Source: an uncultured delta proteobacterium | GTDB taxonomy: Bacteria; Desulfobacterota; Binatia; UBA9968 | NCBI GenBank assembly: GCA_963840855.1 | Contig: CAWJBB010000068.1 | Span: 32,001 to 96,000 of the forward strand | DNA: 64,000 nucleotides | Reading direction: 5' to 3' | In this document: in pieces, positions 1-10,864 of the stretch | Layout: each line of letters starts with the position of its first letter | How positions within the stretch are numbered: position 1 is the stretch's first letter | The notes under the pieces: model-generated | Told to the model about the DNA's origin: nothing | The model's database searches: none | Seen by the model: only the letters and a program-made list of their open reading frames with translations | Translations under genes and position numbers: made by a program

Positions 1-1
1 C

Positions 2-61
2 TCCCTGCGCGTGGACAAGGGCGAAGTCACCTACGGGAAGAAAATCGAGCACAAACACTAG
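2..61 (+). CDS. 3' end of a gene truncated by the window edge (…SLRVDKGEVTYGKKIEHKH*)
   Basis: Open frame with typical codon usage ending in TAG at 59-61; too short to assign a product. Confidence 0.35.
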   Translation, partial: SLRVDKGEVTYGKKIEHKH

Positions 62-160
62 AATTTTCCAGCTTCGAAGTCATCCTCAGAATCACTTCTC
101 GATCCAGCATCCGGGACAGAGTCGGAGACCCAGAAACTCCCATACTCCAAAACCCCTGTC

Positions 161-817
161 CTAAGCGAGCATGCTTCGGTTGAAGCTTTGAATCGCCCGG
201 CCAAACAACTCGCAGCCCTTTTTTAGAGCGTCGAGACATTTCTGCTGGCTCTCGGCGTCCCTGGCGTAACGCCTGAGAATTTCAGGCGCGATCCATTCGT
301 GCCCTTCTTCGTCGGCGAGCAGAGTATCCCGGTAAATTGACGCGGTGGCGGGATCGATAGGCGCCACTCGCTCGATAAAAGATTTCGACGTGCGCGGAAA
401 AAATTCTTCGTGGCCGAACTGGACGCTGGCGATCAACTCACAAAGCGATCCCAGGGAGGCGTGAAAGTCCCAAAGCTCTTTCAATTCCGCAAGCGGGTTA
501 TTCCACAAGGCGTCGGGATCGCCGTCGAGTTCCCGGATACGGCCGCGCAGGATCGAGGCATGCTTGAGCTCGTTGACCACGTACTCCGACATCGGCTGCT
601 GTAAATCGAGATCGGGAATCCTGCCGACCCACGGCGCGGTCACCTCCGCCGCCTTGCGTTCCATTACGACGCCGAACTGCAAGCGGCGCAGCACCACCGC
701 CGCCGTCAATGGTTTTTCCGCCCCATAACTTTTTCGCTCCGCGTTCATCTTTTCCCAAAACGACTCGCGCGTGGCGACCAACTGCTGCAGAAACTCCTCC
801 GGCTTTAGCGTTTCCAT
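161..817 (-). CDS. Ferritin-like diiron protein
   Basis: 218 aa helical protein with E…ELKH…E…DEEGH paired ExxH motifs; GGAGG SD upstream. Confidence 0.7.
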   Translation of the reverse strand: METLKPEEFLQQLVATRESFWEKMNAERKSYGAEKPLTAAVVLRRLQFGVVMERKAAEVTAPWVGRIPDLDLQQPMSEYVVNELKHASILRGRIRELDGDPDALWNNPLAELKELWDFHASLGSLCELIASVQFGHEEFFPRTSKSFIERVAPIDPATASIYRDTLLADEEGHEWIAPEILRRYARDAESQQKCLDALKKGCELFGRAIQSFNRSMLA

Positions 818-944
818 GCTTTCCTCCGCTAAATTGAAGCCCGGTGATTGACTCCCGGTTTCTTTTAGGTTTTAACATTACAAGAATTGAACTTCGGGTC
901 AAAGCTCGTCGGACAAGTCCAATTATCTGTGATCTACGACTTTC

Positions 945-1688
945 ATGGAACCCGCGCAAGCCAAAGCCTACGTCGATGACCTTTATGATGAGGTCCACGC
1001 CCACTGGGACAAAAAGATCAATCAGGGCGAATTCATGACTCGACTCCGGGCAGGCACATTGCCACTGCCTTGCCTGCGCCGTTTCTTTAAGGATTGGGGC
1101 ATGTTTTCCATCGAGGTGGTCGCTCTCAACGCGGTTTCCTATTACGTCCACCTGCCATTCTTCGTCGACAACTTCGATCTTCTCCCGGCGCTCTGCGACA
1201 AAGTCGCTGAGGAGCTGATTTCTCCCAAGCCCCCCGGGCATATTCTCATCCTGCTCGAGACCGCCAACGCCCTGGGCCTTTCCAAAGAAGAATTATTCGA
1301 GACACCCGCTTCAGCCGCCGGCCGCGCCATCAGTGACTACTGCCGGCGAGTGTTTCAGGATGGTTCGATCATCGAGCTCTGGGGCGCCCATGTGTATGAA
1401 GAAACCCTGGGCCACTGGGCCAAGCAGTGGGGCGATGCCATGGTCGCCCATTACGGCATGAGCAAACGCCAGGCGGTTTATTTCACCGCCCACGCCGAAG
1501 CTGACTTGCTGCAGCATGAAGACCGCATGGGCCACGGCCCGCTCAACAGAATGATTCTGCAGCGCATCTTGGAACAGGGAAAGACCGCCAAGAAGCTCGG
1601 CTACGACCCGAGATACTGCGCTTTCACCATGGTCGATCTTCAAGCGCTGATGGAAAAACACGCCCTCGAAGATCCCTACCCCGCTTGA
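945..1688 (+). CDS. Heme-oxygenase-like diiron protein (TenA/PqqC/CADD superfamily)
   Basis: 247 aa; EELISPKPPGH, YEE and YFTAHAEAD…H motifs match the CADD/PqqC-like ligand layout. Confidence 0.7.
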   Translation: MEPAQAKAYVDDLYDEVHAHWDKKINQGEFMTRLRAGTLPLPCLRRFFKDWGMFSIEVVALNAVSYYVHLPFFVDNFDLLPALCDKVAEELISPKPPGHILILLETANALGLSKEELFETPASAAGRAISDYCRRVFQDGSIIELWGAHVYEETLGHWAKQWGDAMVAHYGMSKRQAVYFTAHAEADLLQHEDRMGHGPLNRMILQRILEQGKTAKKLGYDPRYCAFTMVDLQALMEKHALEDPYPA

Positions 1689-1824
1689 ACTCTTGCCCGG
1701 TGCATCTTGATTCCGCCTCAGAGAGACCGGGACCCTCACCTTCCGTCTCCCGCAAGCGTGCGAGGGTGATGATAACGCAAGACTATGAACACTGCATGCG
1801 AAGAGACTGAAGAAAGTCGGCATC

Positions 1825-2760
1825 ATGTTTGTCGTCCTGTTTCTTGAGCTCCTAATCATCGCTTGCGTTTATACGCCTGTCAGCGCCGCCGACTCTCCAC
1901 CCGGAAAATGGCAAAGCCGCGCGCCCATGCCGTCGGCGCGCACTGAGGTCGCGGCGGCGGAGACGGGCGGAAAAATTTATGTCATCGGCGGTTTGGAAAA
2001 ACATGGCGACCGCGTGGAGGAATATAATCCCGTCAATAATAGCTGGCGGCGCCGCGCCTCGCTGCCGCGCCCGCTGCACCATCTCGGCGCCGCTGCGGCG
2101 AACGGCAAAATATACGTCATCGGCGGATATATTTCCGGCGTCGGGCCGGTCGATACCGTCTATGAATACGACCCGGCCAGCGACCGCTGGCGCGCGCGCT
2201 TGGCCATGCCTACGGCGCGCGGCGCATTGTCCGTCGGCGTGATCGCCGGAAAGATTTTTGCCGTCGGCGGCGTCGGCACGAATAAGAAAAACACCGGCGC
2301 AAACGAAGAGTACGACCCCGCGCAAGATCGTTGGTCACGCCGCGCGCCTATGCCGACCCCCCGAGATCACCACGCGATCGGCGTCGTTGGCGAGAAACTT
2401 TACGCCGTCGCCGGGCGCCTGGACGGCGAGCATAGTAGAAACGTCGCGGTAAACGAAGAATACGACCCGGCCACCGACCGCTGGCGCCGCCGGGCGCCGA
2501 TACCGACGATCAGAAGCGGTCTCGGCGGCGCTTCATTGGGCGGCCTACTTTTTGTCTTTGGCGGCGAGTCTCGTGGCCGAACACATAATGACGCCGAGTC
2601 CTTCGATCCGGCGAACAACGAATGGCGCGCCTGGGCCCCGATGCCCACCGCCCGCCACGGCTTCGCCATCGCGGTTATCGGCAACTCGATCTACGTGATC
2701 TCCGGCGGACCTAAAGCCGGCGCGACGTTTTCATCGGTGAATGAAGTCTTCACGCCGTGA
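1825..2760 (+). CDS. Secreted Kelch-repeat beta-propeller protein
   Basis: Six repeats of MPxxR…GKIYVIGG…EEYDP..xxW; hydrophobic N-terminal signal peptide. Confidence 0.9.
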   Translation: MFVVLFLELLIIACVYTPVSAADSPPGKWQSRAPMPSARTEVAAAETGGKIYVIGGLEKHGDRVEEYNPVNNSWRRRASLPRPLHHLGAAAANGKIYVIGGYISGVGPVDTVYEYDPASDRWRARLAMPTARGALSVGVIAGKIFAVGGVGTNKKNTGANEEYDPAQDRWSRRAPMPTPRDHHAIGVVGEKLYAVAGRLDGEHSRNVAVNEEYDPATDRWRRRAPIPTIRSGLGGASLGGLLFVFGGESRGRTHNDAESFDPANNEWRAWAPMPTARHGFAIAVIGNSIYVISGGPKAGATFSSVNEVFTP

Positions 2761-2809
2761 AGCCGCGTTGAATGAACCTGCGCCCGGGCATTCCCGCTTG
2801 CCGCATGGG

Positions 2810-3806
2810 TTAAAAATCCCTACGCCCAACATGGCTCGCCGGTTCAGTGTTGAGAAAATCCAATACACGGCGGGTTAGCCAATCTAAACTTCCCGGAAAT
2901 CCACCGGAGACAAAACCGACATGACCGCCGGTGACGGCATAGTTCAGAGTCACCGCGTTGGACACTTCCTCGGGACGCGGCATACGATGCGGCCGGAATG
3001 AATGGATCGTTAAACGCATGGACCAGCAAGGTCGGCACTTTGATTTGTTTCAGCCACGCCTTGCTGCTGGCCCGCGTCCAATAATCCTAGCGTCTTTGAA
3101 GCCATGAACCGGCGCGGTATAGAGATTATCAAATTCGCGAAACGTGGACGCTCGTCTTACCTGCCGCGGATCCAAGGATAATTGATGCGCTGTTATTTTT
3201 CCAAGTACTTTTCGTCTAAGCGGCCGAAGAAAATCGGGTGTAGATCAGTTTTTTCATGCCGCGATCGAGTTCACTGGCAGCGGCCACCAGATCCACCGGA
3301 ACCGAAACGCCGACCGCGCGCCGGATGATTGTTGAAGCGTTTTCCCCCTGTTCACCGAGCCACTTGAGCAGCATGTTGCCGCCGAGCGATACTCCAAGTG
3401 TGAATATTTCGGCGCTGGGATGCCGTTCCTTGAGCCGGCGCAGTATCCAGTCAATTTCATCCGAATCCCCCGAATGGTAAGAGCGCACCAGCCGGTTGGG
3501 CTCGCCGCTGCAGCCGCGAAAATGAGGCACCACCCCGCGCCAGCCTTGCTGTCGCACCGCCGACATCAGCGCCAGAGCATAATGGCTGCGCGAACACCCT
3601 TCCAACCCGTGGAACACAACGAGCAACCTGGCCTCGGTGCTCGCAGAATCGATCCAGTCCAGGTCGATGAAGTCATTGTCCGGCGTTTCCCAGCGCTCAC
3701 GGCGGTAAACTAAATTGGGGGTGAGCTTTTGGTAATAGGCATAGATGGTTTGTAGCGTACCACCGGGCAGCCACAGGGGCGCCCGGTAGCCGGAATCTAA
3801 GCTCAC
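2810..3806 (-). CDS. YheT-family alpha/beta hydrolase (frameshifted in this sequence)
   Basis: FHGLEG, GVSLGG nucleophile elbow, PTLLVHAxNDP and GGHVGF spread over three frames; GTG start at 3806 inferred. Confidence 0.85.
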
Positions 3807-3922
3807 ATCGTCCCCGAATCGTTGCACCGCAACATTCCTTTGAGGGCCGCGCAAAAAGGATTCGGACGCGAGCCGCGCGGCTCTCGTGGTTCGTGTTCGT
3901 CCGGACGGTGAAACGAGCACGA

Positions 3923-6880
3923 TCACGAGCCACGAGCACGATTCCCATCCTGCTCCTCCGGCGGCATAAACCCATGGCGCTGAGTATTCTCAGAGATCGT
4001 TCGCGGTTCGAGAAATTGCAAAAGATAATCCGGGCCACCGGCCTTGGAGCCAATGCCCGAGAGCTTCAGTCCGCCGAAGGGCTGGCGTTCGACGACGGCG
4101 CCGGTGATGCCGCGGTTGATGTAGAGATTGCCGACCCGGAATTCTTTCCGCCCCTGCTCGATATGCGCGGGAGAACGCGAGAAGAAGCCGCCGGTCAAAG
4201 CGTATGAAGAGTCATTGGCGATCGCCAGCGCGTGGTCGAAATCCCGCGCTCTGATGACCGACAAAACCGGGCCGAATATTTCCTCCTGGGCGATGCGGCT
4301 TTGCGGATCGACATCGCTGAAAATTGCCGGGCCGATGAAGAAACCTTCCGCGGGCGCGTCCATTTCGAGCACGCACTTCCCTTCTTTTTTGCCAATTTGG
4401 ATATACTCGACGATTCGACTTTTCGCTTCGGCATCGATCACCGGGCCGATGGCGTAGCGCGGATCTTCGGGGGGGCCGATCTTGAGGCTTTTCGTCGCTT
4501 CGACGAGCCGCGACAGCAACCGGTCGTGCACTTCTCCCAACAGGATGAGGCGCGAAGCCGCTGAACATTTTTGTCCTTGATAACCAAACGCGGAATCAAT
4601 GATATGCACCACCGCTTCATCGAGATCGGCGTCGTTGTCGACGATCACGGCGTTTTTGCCGCCCATCTCGCAAACCACTTTCTTGACATGCGTTTGTCCG
4701 GGACGATGGCTATAGGCCTGCTTGAGAATCTCCAGACCCACTTCCCGCGAGCCGGTAAACGCGATCAGATGAATTTTCGGCGACCGCACCAGATGGGCGC
4801 CCAGCTCTCCGCCGCCCTGGAGAAGCTGGCAGGCATCATCGGGCAATCCCGCTTCGCGCAGGATGGCGAGCAGGTGTTCGGCCATCACCGGCGACTGCTC
4901 GGCCGGCTTCATGAGCGCGCAGTTGCCTGTCACCAGCGCGGCAGCGGTCATACCGGCAAGGATCGCCAGAGGAAAATTCCAGGGCGCGATAGTCACCGCG
5001 ACGCCGCGCGGTTCATAGAGATAGAGATTCGTCTCGCTCGGCAGCCATTGTGTGTTTCGCGGCTTGGCGAGCCGCAACATCTCCCGGCCATAATATTCGA
5101 GATAGTCGATGGCCTCCGCCACGTCGGCATCCGCTTCGCGCCAGCCTTTGCCGGCTTCGAAGAGCTCCCAGGCGGCTAACTCCCAGCGTTTCTCGCGCAT
5201 GATCCCGGCTGCCGAGAAAAGAATTTCGGCGCGCTTCTCCGCCGCCGTATCGCGCCACTCGGGGAAAAAGCGCGCCGCGGCATCAATGGCTTCGTCGGCT
5301 TGGCCGACACTCGTGAGACGCACGCGGCCAATAATTTCCTTGGCATTGGCGGGATTCACCGATTCCAACCACTCACCGGCGCGACGACGGCTTTTCAATT
5401 GGCCTCGCACCCTGTCAAGCGTTACGCGGAAGCGCTCGCGGTTTTCCCGCCGCGAAAAATCGATGGGCGGCTCGTTTTGAAACGCCCCTCGACCGCCTGC
5501 CGGTTGCGATTCATGCGCCGCCACCGAGCGCCTCACCGCGGCTGCCGGAGGTTTGATCAAAGAATCGATATCTTTTTTATCGGCGTAGGTCTGGCGCAGA
5601 AAAGAGGTGTTGGAAGTGTTCTCCATCAGGCGGCGAATCAAGTAGGAAATACCCGGCAGCAACTCGCCCACCGGCAAATAGACCCGCACTCTTTGGCCGT
5701 TTTGAATGATCGCCTGGCGCACCGGCTCGGCCATGCCGTAAAGCATCTGGATTTCATAACCGTTGACGGGAACGCCAAGCTGCTTGGCGGCTACGATGGC
5801 ATAGGCAAGACTGCGCAGATTGTGACTGCCGAAAGCGGCGTCGATAATGTCGTGGCCTTCCAGCAACAAACGACTGAGGCGCTCGTAGTTGGCGTCGGTT
5901 TCCGCCTTGTCTAAGAACACCGGGATGGGCCAGTTTTTCTGTTTGGCCCAGGCGATCTCGCTGTCCCAGTACGCGCCTTTGACCAGGCGCACGCCGACTC
6001 TTCGTTTGCGCCGCTGCGCCCAGCGTATCAGTTCGCGCACGTCCTTCTCGGTGTCTTTCAAATAGGCTTGCAGCGCGATGGCGGCGACCGGCGCGTGGCG
6101 AAATTCCGGTTCTTCCAGTACGCTGCGAAAAATCGCCAGGGTGAGGTCTCTGAAAGCATTCTGCTCCATGTCGACGGTCACCGCCGCGCCCAAGCGCGCG
6201 GCTTCGCGGAAAAGCTCCGCCAGGCGCTCCCGAACAACCGATTCCGTGGCCGGGTCCAAGGGATCGAAGCGGGCGCAGAGCGACGAAAGCTTAACGGACA
6301 GATTCACCCGCGGTAGCGGGCCGTATGGCGATTCATCGATTTGCCGAATGAGCGGCCAGGATTGGCTAACGGACGCCAGACGCCGCAGCAGATCGAGATA
6401 CCGTTTCTGCATGGCAAGCGCTTCATTATCGCTCACCGTCGCTTCGCCGACGACGTCGAGCGTGAAAGCGGCGGGTTCCTTTCTGAGTTGCGCCAAAACC
6501 GTCTCTAAATGATTGCCGCTTTCCTCGGCGATGAAGCGGCGCGCCAGTTTGACGACGTTGCGCCGGACCATGGGGGCGACCAGCGTGCCGGCGCGCAGCG
6601 CCTGGGCGAGAAAAACCAGGCCGCCGAGGGCATGATCCACCCGAGAAAAATACTCTTCCAAGTGCCGGCCGATTTCCGCTGAAGACCCCAGACTCGGCAG
6701 CACGTCGACGAAGCGGAACAGCGCCACGCGCAAGGATTCATCTTCCAATGACCATTCGATCATGCGGCCCAACAAATCCTGGGCTTCGAAGAGCGAAGGC
6801 TTGTGCTCCGCCGCATGCCGAGAAAGCGACCGGGCCAGCCGCTGTACTTCTTGTTCAAACGCGTCAACTACCGCAGCCAT
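3923..6880 (-). CDS. putA: Bifunctional proline dehydrogenase / glutamate semialdehyde dehydrogenase
   Basis: LFRFVDVLP, VRLVKGAYWD, YLIRRLMENTSN (PRODH) plus EMGGKN, GQKCSA, EEIFGP (ALDH); start trimmed to MAAVVD. Confidence 0.95.
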   Translation of the reverse strand: MAAVVDAFEQEVQRLARSLSRHAAEHKPSLFEAQDLLGRMIEWSLEDESLRVALFRFVDVLPSLGSSAEIGRHLEEYFSRVDHALGGLVFLAQALRAGTLVAPMVRRNVVKLARRFIAEESGNHLETVLAQLRKEPAAFTLDVVGEATVSDNEALAMQKRYLDLLRRLASVSQSWPLIRQIDESPYGPLPRVNLSVKLSSLCARFDPLDPATESVVRERLAELFREAARLGAAVTVDMEQNAFRDLTLAIFRSVLEEPEFRHAPVAAIALQAYLKDTEKDVRELIRWAQRRKRRVGVRLVKGAYWDSEIAWAKQKNWPIPVFLDKAETDANYERLSRLLLEGHDIIDAAFGSHNLRSLAYAIVAAKQLGVPVNGYEIQMLYGMAEPVRQAIIQNGQRVRVYLPVGELLPGISYLIRRLMENTSNTSFLRQTYADKKDIDSLIKPPAAAVRRSVAAHESQPAGGRGAFQNEPPIDFSRRENRERFRVTLDRVRGQLKSRRRAGEWLESVNPANAKEIIGRVRLTSVGQADEAIDAAARFFPEWRDTAAEKRAEILFSAAGIMREKRWELAAWELFEAGKGWREADADVAEAIDYLEYYGREMLRLAKPRNTQWLPSETNLYLYEPRGVAVTIAPWNFPLAILAGMTAAALVTGNCALMKPAEQSPVMAEHLLAILREAGLPDDACQLLQGGGELGAHLVRSPKIHLIAFTGSREVGLEILKQAYSHRPGQTHVKKVVCEMGGKNAVIVDNDADLDEAVVHIIDSAFGYQGQKCSAASRLILLGEVHDRLLSRLVEATKSLKIGPPEDPRYAIGPVIDAEAKSRIVEYIQIGKKEGKCVLEMDAPAEGFFIGPAIFSDVDPQSRIAQEEIFGPVLSVIRARDFDHALAIANDSSYALTGGFFSRSPAHIEQGRKEFRVGNLYINRGITGAVVERQPFGGLKLSGIGSKAGGPDYLLQFLEPRTISENTQRHGFMPPEEQDGNRARGS

Positions 6881-6964
6881 ATTTGCCTCGGATCCGATAC
6901 TATCATAAACCCGTCGCGGCGAGGCATGAAAACCATAGAGCAATCTGCTACAGATCATGGCGAC

Positions 6965-8659
6965 ATGAACAATGCCTCCGACACCGTGACCGGCGCCGAA
7001 GCGGTAGTTGAAATGCTCACCCTGCATGGGGTCGAGATGCTGTTCGGCTTGTGCGGCGACACCAGCCTGCCGTTGTACGACGCGCTGGCGCGATTGCCGC
7101 ACGGCATGCGCCACATCCTCGCGCGCGACGAGCGTTCGGCGGCCTACATGGCCGACGGTTACGCGCGCGTCGCCGGCAAAGTCGGCGTCTGCGAGGGGCC
7201 CAGCGGGGGCGGCGTGACGTACCTGTTGCCGGGCCTCGCGGAAGCCAACGAATCAGCCGTACCCGTGCTCGGCATAAACAGCGACATTTCCGTTGCCGCC
7301 CGCGGACGATATACCTTGACCGAAATCGACCAGGGCGCGCTGATGCGCCCCGTGACCAAGTGGAACGCGGTGCTCGACCGTTCTCAGGACATCCCAAGAA
7401 TTTTTCGCGCCGCATTCGATCAAATGACCACCGGGCGGCCTGGCGCGGCGCATATCGCTTTGCCCTTCGACGTGCAAAACGGCCCGGTGCACCGAACCGA
7501 GCTGTTTGCCGATCCGAGCCTGGGCCAATATCCGGCACGGCGAGTCGCGCCGGATCCCGCCGAAGTCGCGCGCGCGGCAAAACTCCTCGGCGCAGCGGCT
7601 CGTCCGGTTTTCATCTGCGGCGGGGGCGTGGTGATTTCTGGCGCACATGAAGAACTGCTTCGGCTCGCGGAACGACTCACCGCTCCGGTGGCAACCAGCA
7701 TAAGCGGCAAAGGTTCCATCGGCGAAGCGCATCCCCTCGCCGCCGGCGTCGTCGGCTCCAACGGCGGCACACCGGAGACCCGCGCCATTATCGATGACGC
7801 GGATTTGATCGTCTTCGTCGGCTGCCGCGCCGGATCGGTAACCACGGAGCGCTGGCGTTATCCAGCGCCCGGAAAAGTAAAGGTGGTTCATCTCGATATC
7901 GATCCCGCCGTGCTCGGCGCCAACTATCCCGTAGAAGCCGGGCTGGTGGGAGACGCCAAGCTTGGGCTGGCGGCGTTAAACGACGCGTTGGCAACGGCAA
8001 TGCGTCGTCCGCTAAACGCCGACCGGGTGCAAAAAGCCAAAGAAGAAAAATTTAGAAAATTCCAAGCCCTCGCGGCATCGATTGAAAAACCGATCAAGCC
8101 CGAGCGCGTGGTCGCGGAACTAAGCCGGGCGCTCGATCCGGACGCCATCGTGGTTGCCGATGCCGGCACGCCCTGTCCCTATTTATCCGCTTACTACGAG
8201 CTCAGCCGGCCCGGACGGCGCTTTATTTCCAACCGCGCCCATGGCGCCCTTGGTTACTCTTTGCCGGCAGCCATTGGCACGCACTTCGCGCGGCCTCAAG
8301 GAAAATGCGTTGCGGTGATGGGCGACGGCAGCTTTGGCTTCGCCTGCGGCGATCTCGAAACCGCTGCGCGCTACCGACTGCCGATCACTTTCATCGTCAT
8401 CGCCAACGCAACCTATGGCTGGATCAAAGCCGGGCAAAAATCGGGTTACAACCAACGCTACTTCGGAGTCGATTTCACCGCCACCGACCACGCCGCGGTG
8501 GCCGCCGCCTTCGGCCTAAGAAGCTGGCGCGTAACGGAGCCAGATCAGCTCGGCAAGGTCTTACGCGAAGCTCTGGCACCAGCGGAACCGACCCTCGTGG
8601 ATATCGTCTGCCAGCCCTTGCATGAGGCCAAAGCGCCGGTGTCGGAATGGATCGCCTGA
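6965..8659 (+). CDS. Thiamine pyrophosphate-binding enzyme, acetolactate synthase large subunit-like
   Basis: TGAEAVV, ARDERSAAYMADGYAR and GDGS…N TPP motif. Confidence 0.9.
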   Translation: MNNASDTVTGAEAVVEMLTLHGVEMLFGLCGDTSLPLYDALARLPHGMRHILARDERSAAYMADGYARVAGKVGVCEGPSGGGVTYLLPGLAEANESAVPVLGINSDISVAARGRYTLTEIDQGALMRPVTKWNAVLDRSQDIPRIFRAAFDQMTTGRPGAAHIALPFDVQNGPVHRTELFADPSLGQYPARRVAPDPAEVARAAKLLGAAARPVFICGGGVVISGAHEELLRLAERLTAPVATSISGKGSIGEAHPLAAGVVGSNGGTPETRAIIDDADLIVFVGCRAGSVTTERWRYPAPGKVKVVHLDIDPAVLGANYPVEAGLVGDAKLGLAALNDALATAMRRPLNADRVQKAKEEKFRKFQALAASIEKPIKPERVVAELSRALDPDAIVVADAGTPCPYLSAYYELSRPGRRFISNRAHGALGYSLPAAIGTHFARPQGKCVAVMGDGSFGFACGDLETAARYRLPITFIVIANATYGWIKAGQKSGYNQRYFGVDFTATDHAAVAAAFGLRSWRVTEPDQLGKVLREALAPAEPTLVDIVCQPLHEAKAPVSEWIA

Positions 8660-8741
8660 AAAACAGGCGTGAGGCAACAGGCAATAGTAAATCAAAATCG
8701 TTTTCCTTTCGTACTACTGCCTAATGCCTCATTGCCTCCAT

Positions 8742-9203
8742 TCAGTTTTCCAGCCGCACTTTGGTGCCGAGATTGGCGCAGTCCTCGTCGGTCTTCAGAC
8801 CTGCGGCGCGGATGCCGTGGGCGGCGAGTTCTTCATCGCGCTCTTGGGTGTCTCCCGTGACGCCGACGGCACCGATGACTTCCCCGTCGTTATCACGGAT
8901 CAGCATACCGCCGCCTTCAGGAAAGATTTGATCGCCCGAGGCGCGCATCAGATACTGCATGAACAGCGGCCGTTCTTCGGTGCGGACGCGGACGAGCGAC
9001 GAAGAACGCCCCAGGGCAAGCGCGGCATAGGCTTTGCCGTAAGCCATCTCGAAGCGCATCATCGACGAGTCGTCCTCTTTTTGAAAGGCTTTCACCTTGG
9101 CGCCGGGTTCGACCACGATGGCGCTGAGCGGACGACAAGCAAGCTCACGCCCGCGCGCGAAAATGGCTTCAATAATACGATTCGACTGAGCTAGCGTGAC
9201 CAT
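8742..9203 (-). CDS. GlcG/HbpS family heme-binding protein
   Basis: AYGKAYAAL and GGMLIR…IGAVGVTG…DEELA motifs. Confidence 0.85.
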   Translation of the reverse strand: MVTLAQSNRIIEAIFARGRELACRPLSAIVVEPGAKVKAFQKEDDSSMMRFEMAYGKAYAALALGRSSSLVRVRTEERPLFMQYLMRASGDQIFPEGGGMLIRDNDGEVIGAVGVTGDTQERDEELAAHGIRAAGLKTDEDCANLGTKVRLEN

Positions 9204-9266
9204 GGCTAGATTCCTACCTATTAATTGTTCGACAGAAGAGCTTTAACAGAGTTTGTCGCCCCCCTA

Positions 9267-9520
9267 CTCTGTCATCTCTGTACTACTATGTTTAAGAGTT
9301 TTCGCAGGCTCGCGCAAATTTTCCGGTAACCTGCAATACTTGAATGAGGGGATCGACTCGCGCCAAGGCGCAAAGCGCGCCAAGTTCGGAAGGGAAAGAT
9401 TGATAATCTTACAAACGATCTTCACCATTTTTCTCCGCCCTTTGCGGCCTTGGCGTACTTTGCGCGAGATATTCCTAGTTTTGGTTGCGGCTTCGCCGCG
9501 CTAGGCCCTCTGTGGTTAAA
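9267..9520. repeat. Composite intergenic palindromic (REP-like) elements
   Basis: CGCCAAGGCGCAAAG arm at ~9361 pairs with CTTTGCGGCCTTGGCG at ~9440; TTGCGGCTTCGCCGCG hairpin at ~9485; CTCTGT motifs on both flanks. Confidence 0.6.
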
Positions 9521-9532
9521 TTTCTTCTTTCG

Positions 9533-10390
9533 CTAGCTAAATAGAACCTTGGCCAGCTCGGAGCGATACTGGTCCGTCAACGGATCCTCCGAGCCCAGCA
9601 CCTCGAAGATTTGCACCATCGCCTTGCGCCCGCCGTCGTCTTGGAAACTTCGGTCGGTTTTCACGATGACGAGAAGCTCCGCGAGCGCTTCTTGGTATTT
9701 TTCCGCGCCCGCCAATGCCTGAGCGAGCTCGAATCTCGCATCGAGATTCTTCGGCTCCGCGTCAACCTTGGCGCGCAGCGCCGTTAGGTCCTGTGCCGCG
9801 CCGCCGTGAAGTTTCAAGCGAGCGATCAGCCGATCCGCTTCTTTTCGTTCATCGGCGACAATCGGGATTTTGTCGAGGAATTCCAAAGCCGCTTCATTAT
9901 CACCCGCGTTCATCGCCAGACGTCCCAATCCAAGCAGTGATTTTGCGTGACTCGGGTCGGTTTCCAAAATCGACTGAAACAGAGCTTTCGCTTCCGCGTC
10001 TTTACCCTGATCTTCGAGCGCCGCGGCTTCTTGCGCTCGTTTGTCAGCCGCGCTCGGTAAAAACTTGGACAAAAATTCTCGCAGCATCGGTTCCGGCAGG
10101 GCGCCGGTGAATTCCGACGCAAGATCGCCGTCTTTGAACAGCTTCACAGCCGGGATGCCTTGAATGCCAAACGCTCCCGCTAGATTCTGATTCTCGTCGA
10201 CGTTGACTTTAGCGAGCACGAACTCGCCACCGTACTCGTCGGCCAATTTTTCTAGTACCGGACCGAGTACTTTGCACGGTCCGCACCATTCCGCCCAAAA
10301 ATCCACCAGCACCGGAACTTCCTTGGATTGTTCCAGCACCGCCAGCTCGAAATTTTCCTCGTTAACGTCGATGGTCCACTGATTCTCGAT
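9533..10390 (-). CDS. cnoX: Thioredoxin-TPR co-chaperone (CnoX/YbbN)
   Basis: WCGPC thioredoxin domain followed by TPRs ending [11 protein letters not shown]; frame extends upstream ([10 protein letters not shown]) but the start codon is unclear. Confidence 0.85.
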   Translation of the reverse strand: MENQWTIDVNEENFELAVLEQSKEVPVLVDFWAEWCGPCKVLGPVLEKLADEYGGEFVLAKVNVDENQNLAGAFGIQGIPAVKLFKDGDLASEFTGALPEPMLREFLSKFLPSAADKRAQEAAALEDQGKDAEAKALFQSILETDPSHAKSLLGLGRLAMNAGDNEAALEFLDKIPIVADERKEADRLIARLKLHGGAAQDLTALRAKVDAEPKNLDARFELAQALAGAEKYQEALAELLVIVKTDRSFQDDGGRKAMVQIFEVLGSEDPLTDQYRSELAKVLFS

Positions 10391-10455
10391 TCAGCAGTAA
10401 ATCCTACTTCGACGTTTCTTCGAACCGAGTTTCGAAACGTTGGCAAACTACTGAT

Positions 10456-10701
10456 TTATTCAGCAATGATCGCTTTGCCGAAGTCACGCACTTTGGCCGC
10501 GGTTGGGCGCATCGCATATACCAGCGCTTCCGTGATCTCATCTTCGCTGGCGCCGGCTTTGCGCGCCCGTGCCAAGTGGCGTCTGGCGCCGCCCTCGCGG
10601 CCGATGGCGACGCACACGGCAAAAAATACCAACTGCGCCGTCTTCGGATCCATTGATCCTTCCTTATATTTCACATTAAAGAATTCTTTCTCCGTCGTCA
10701 T
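10456..10701 (-). CDS. Carboxymuconolactone decarboxylase (CMD/AhpD-like) family protein
   Basis: MDPKTAQLVFFAV…H…ARKAGASEDEITEAL signature; AAGGAG SD. Confidence 0.8.
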   Translation of the reverse strand: MTTEKEFFNVKYKEGSMDPKTAQLVFFAVCVAIGREGGARRHLARARKAGASEDEITEALVYAMRPTAAKVRDFGKAIIAE

Positions 10702-10864
10702 GTCTTCTCCTTATATTTTTCCCCGACCGCCAAAAGCGAAGTCGTGGGAGTTTGCACCGCCGAGGCGCAGAGGGCGCAGAGTCGAGAGCGTTTGTTAAAA
10801 AATCTCCGAACTCGGCGAACTCTGTGTCTGTGGTGAAGACGCTTTCACAAAAAACCGCATTATC

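Noticed and set aside
9253-9504. 83-aa ORF between glcG-like and cnoX
   Set aside because: It is composed of palindromic repeat elements with no protein signature
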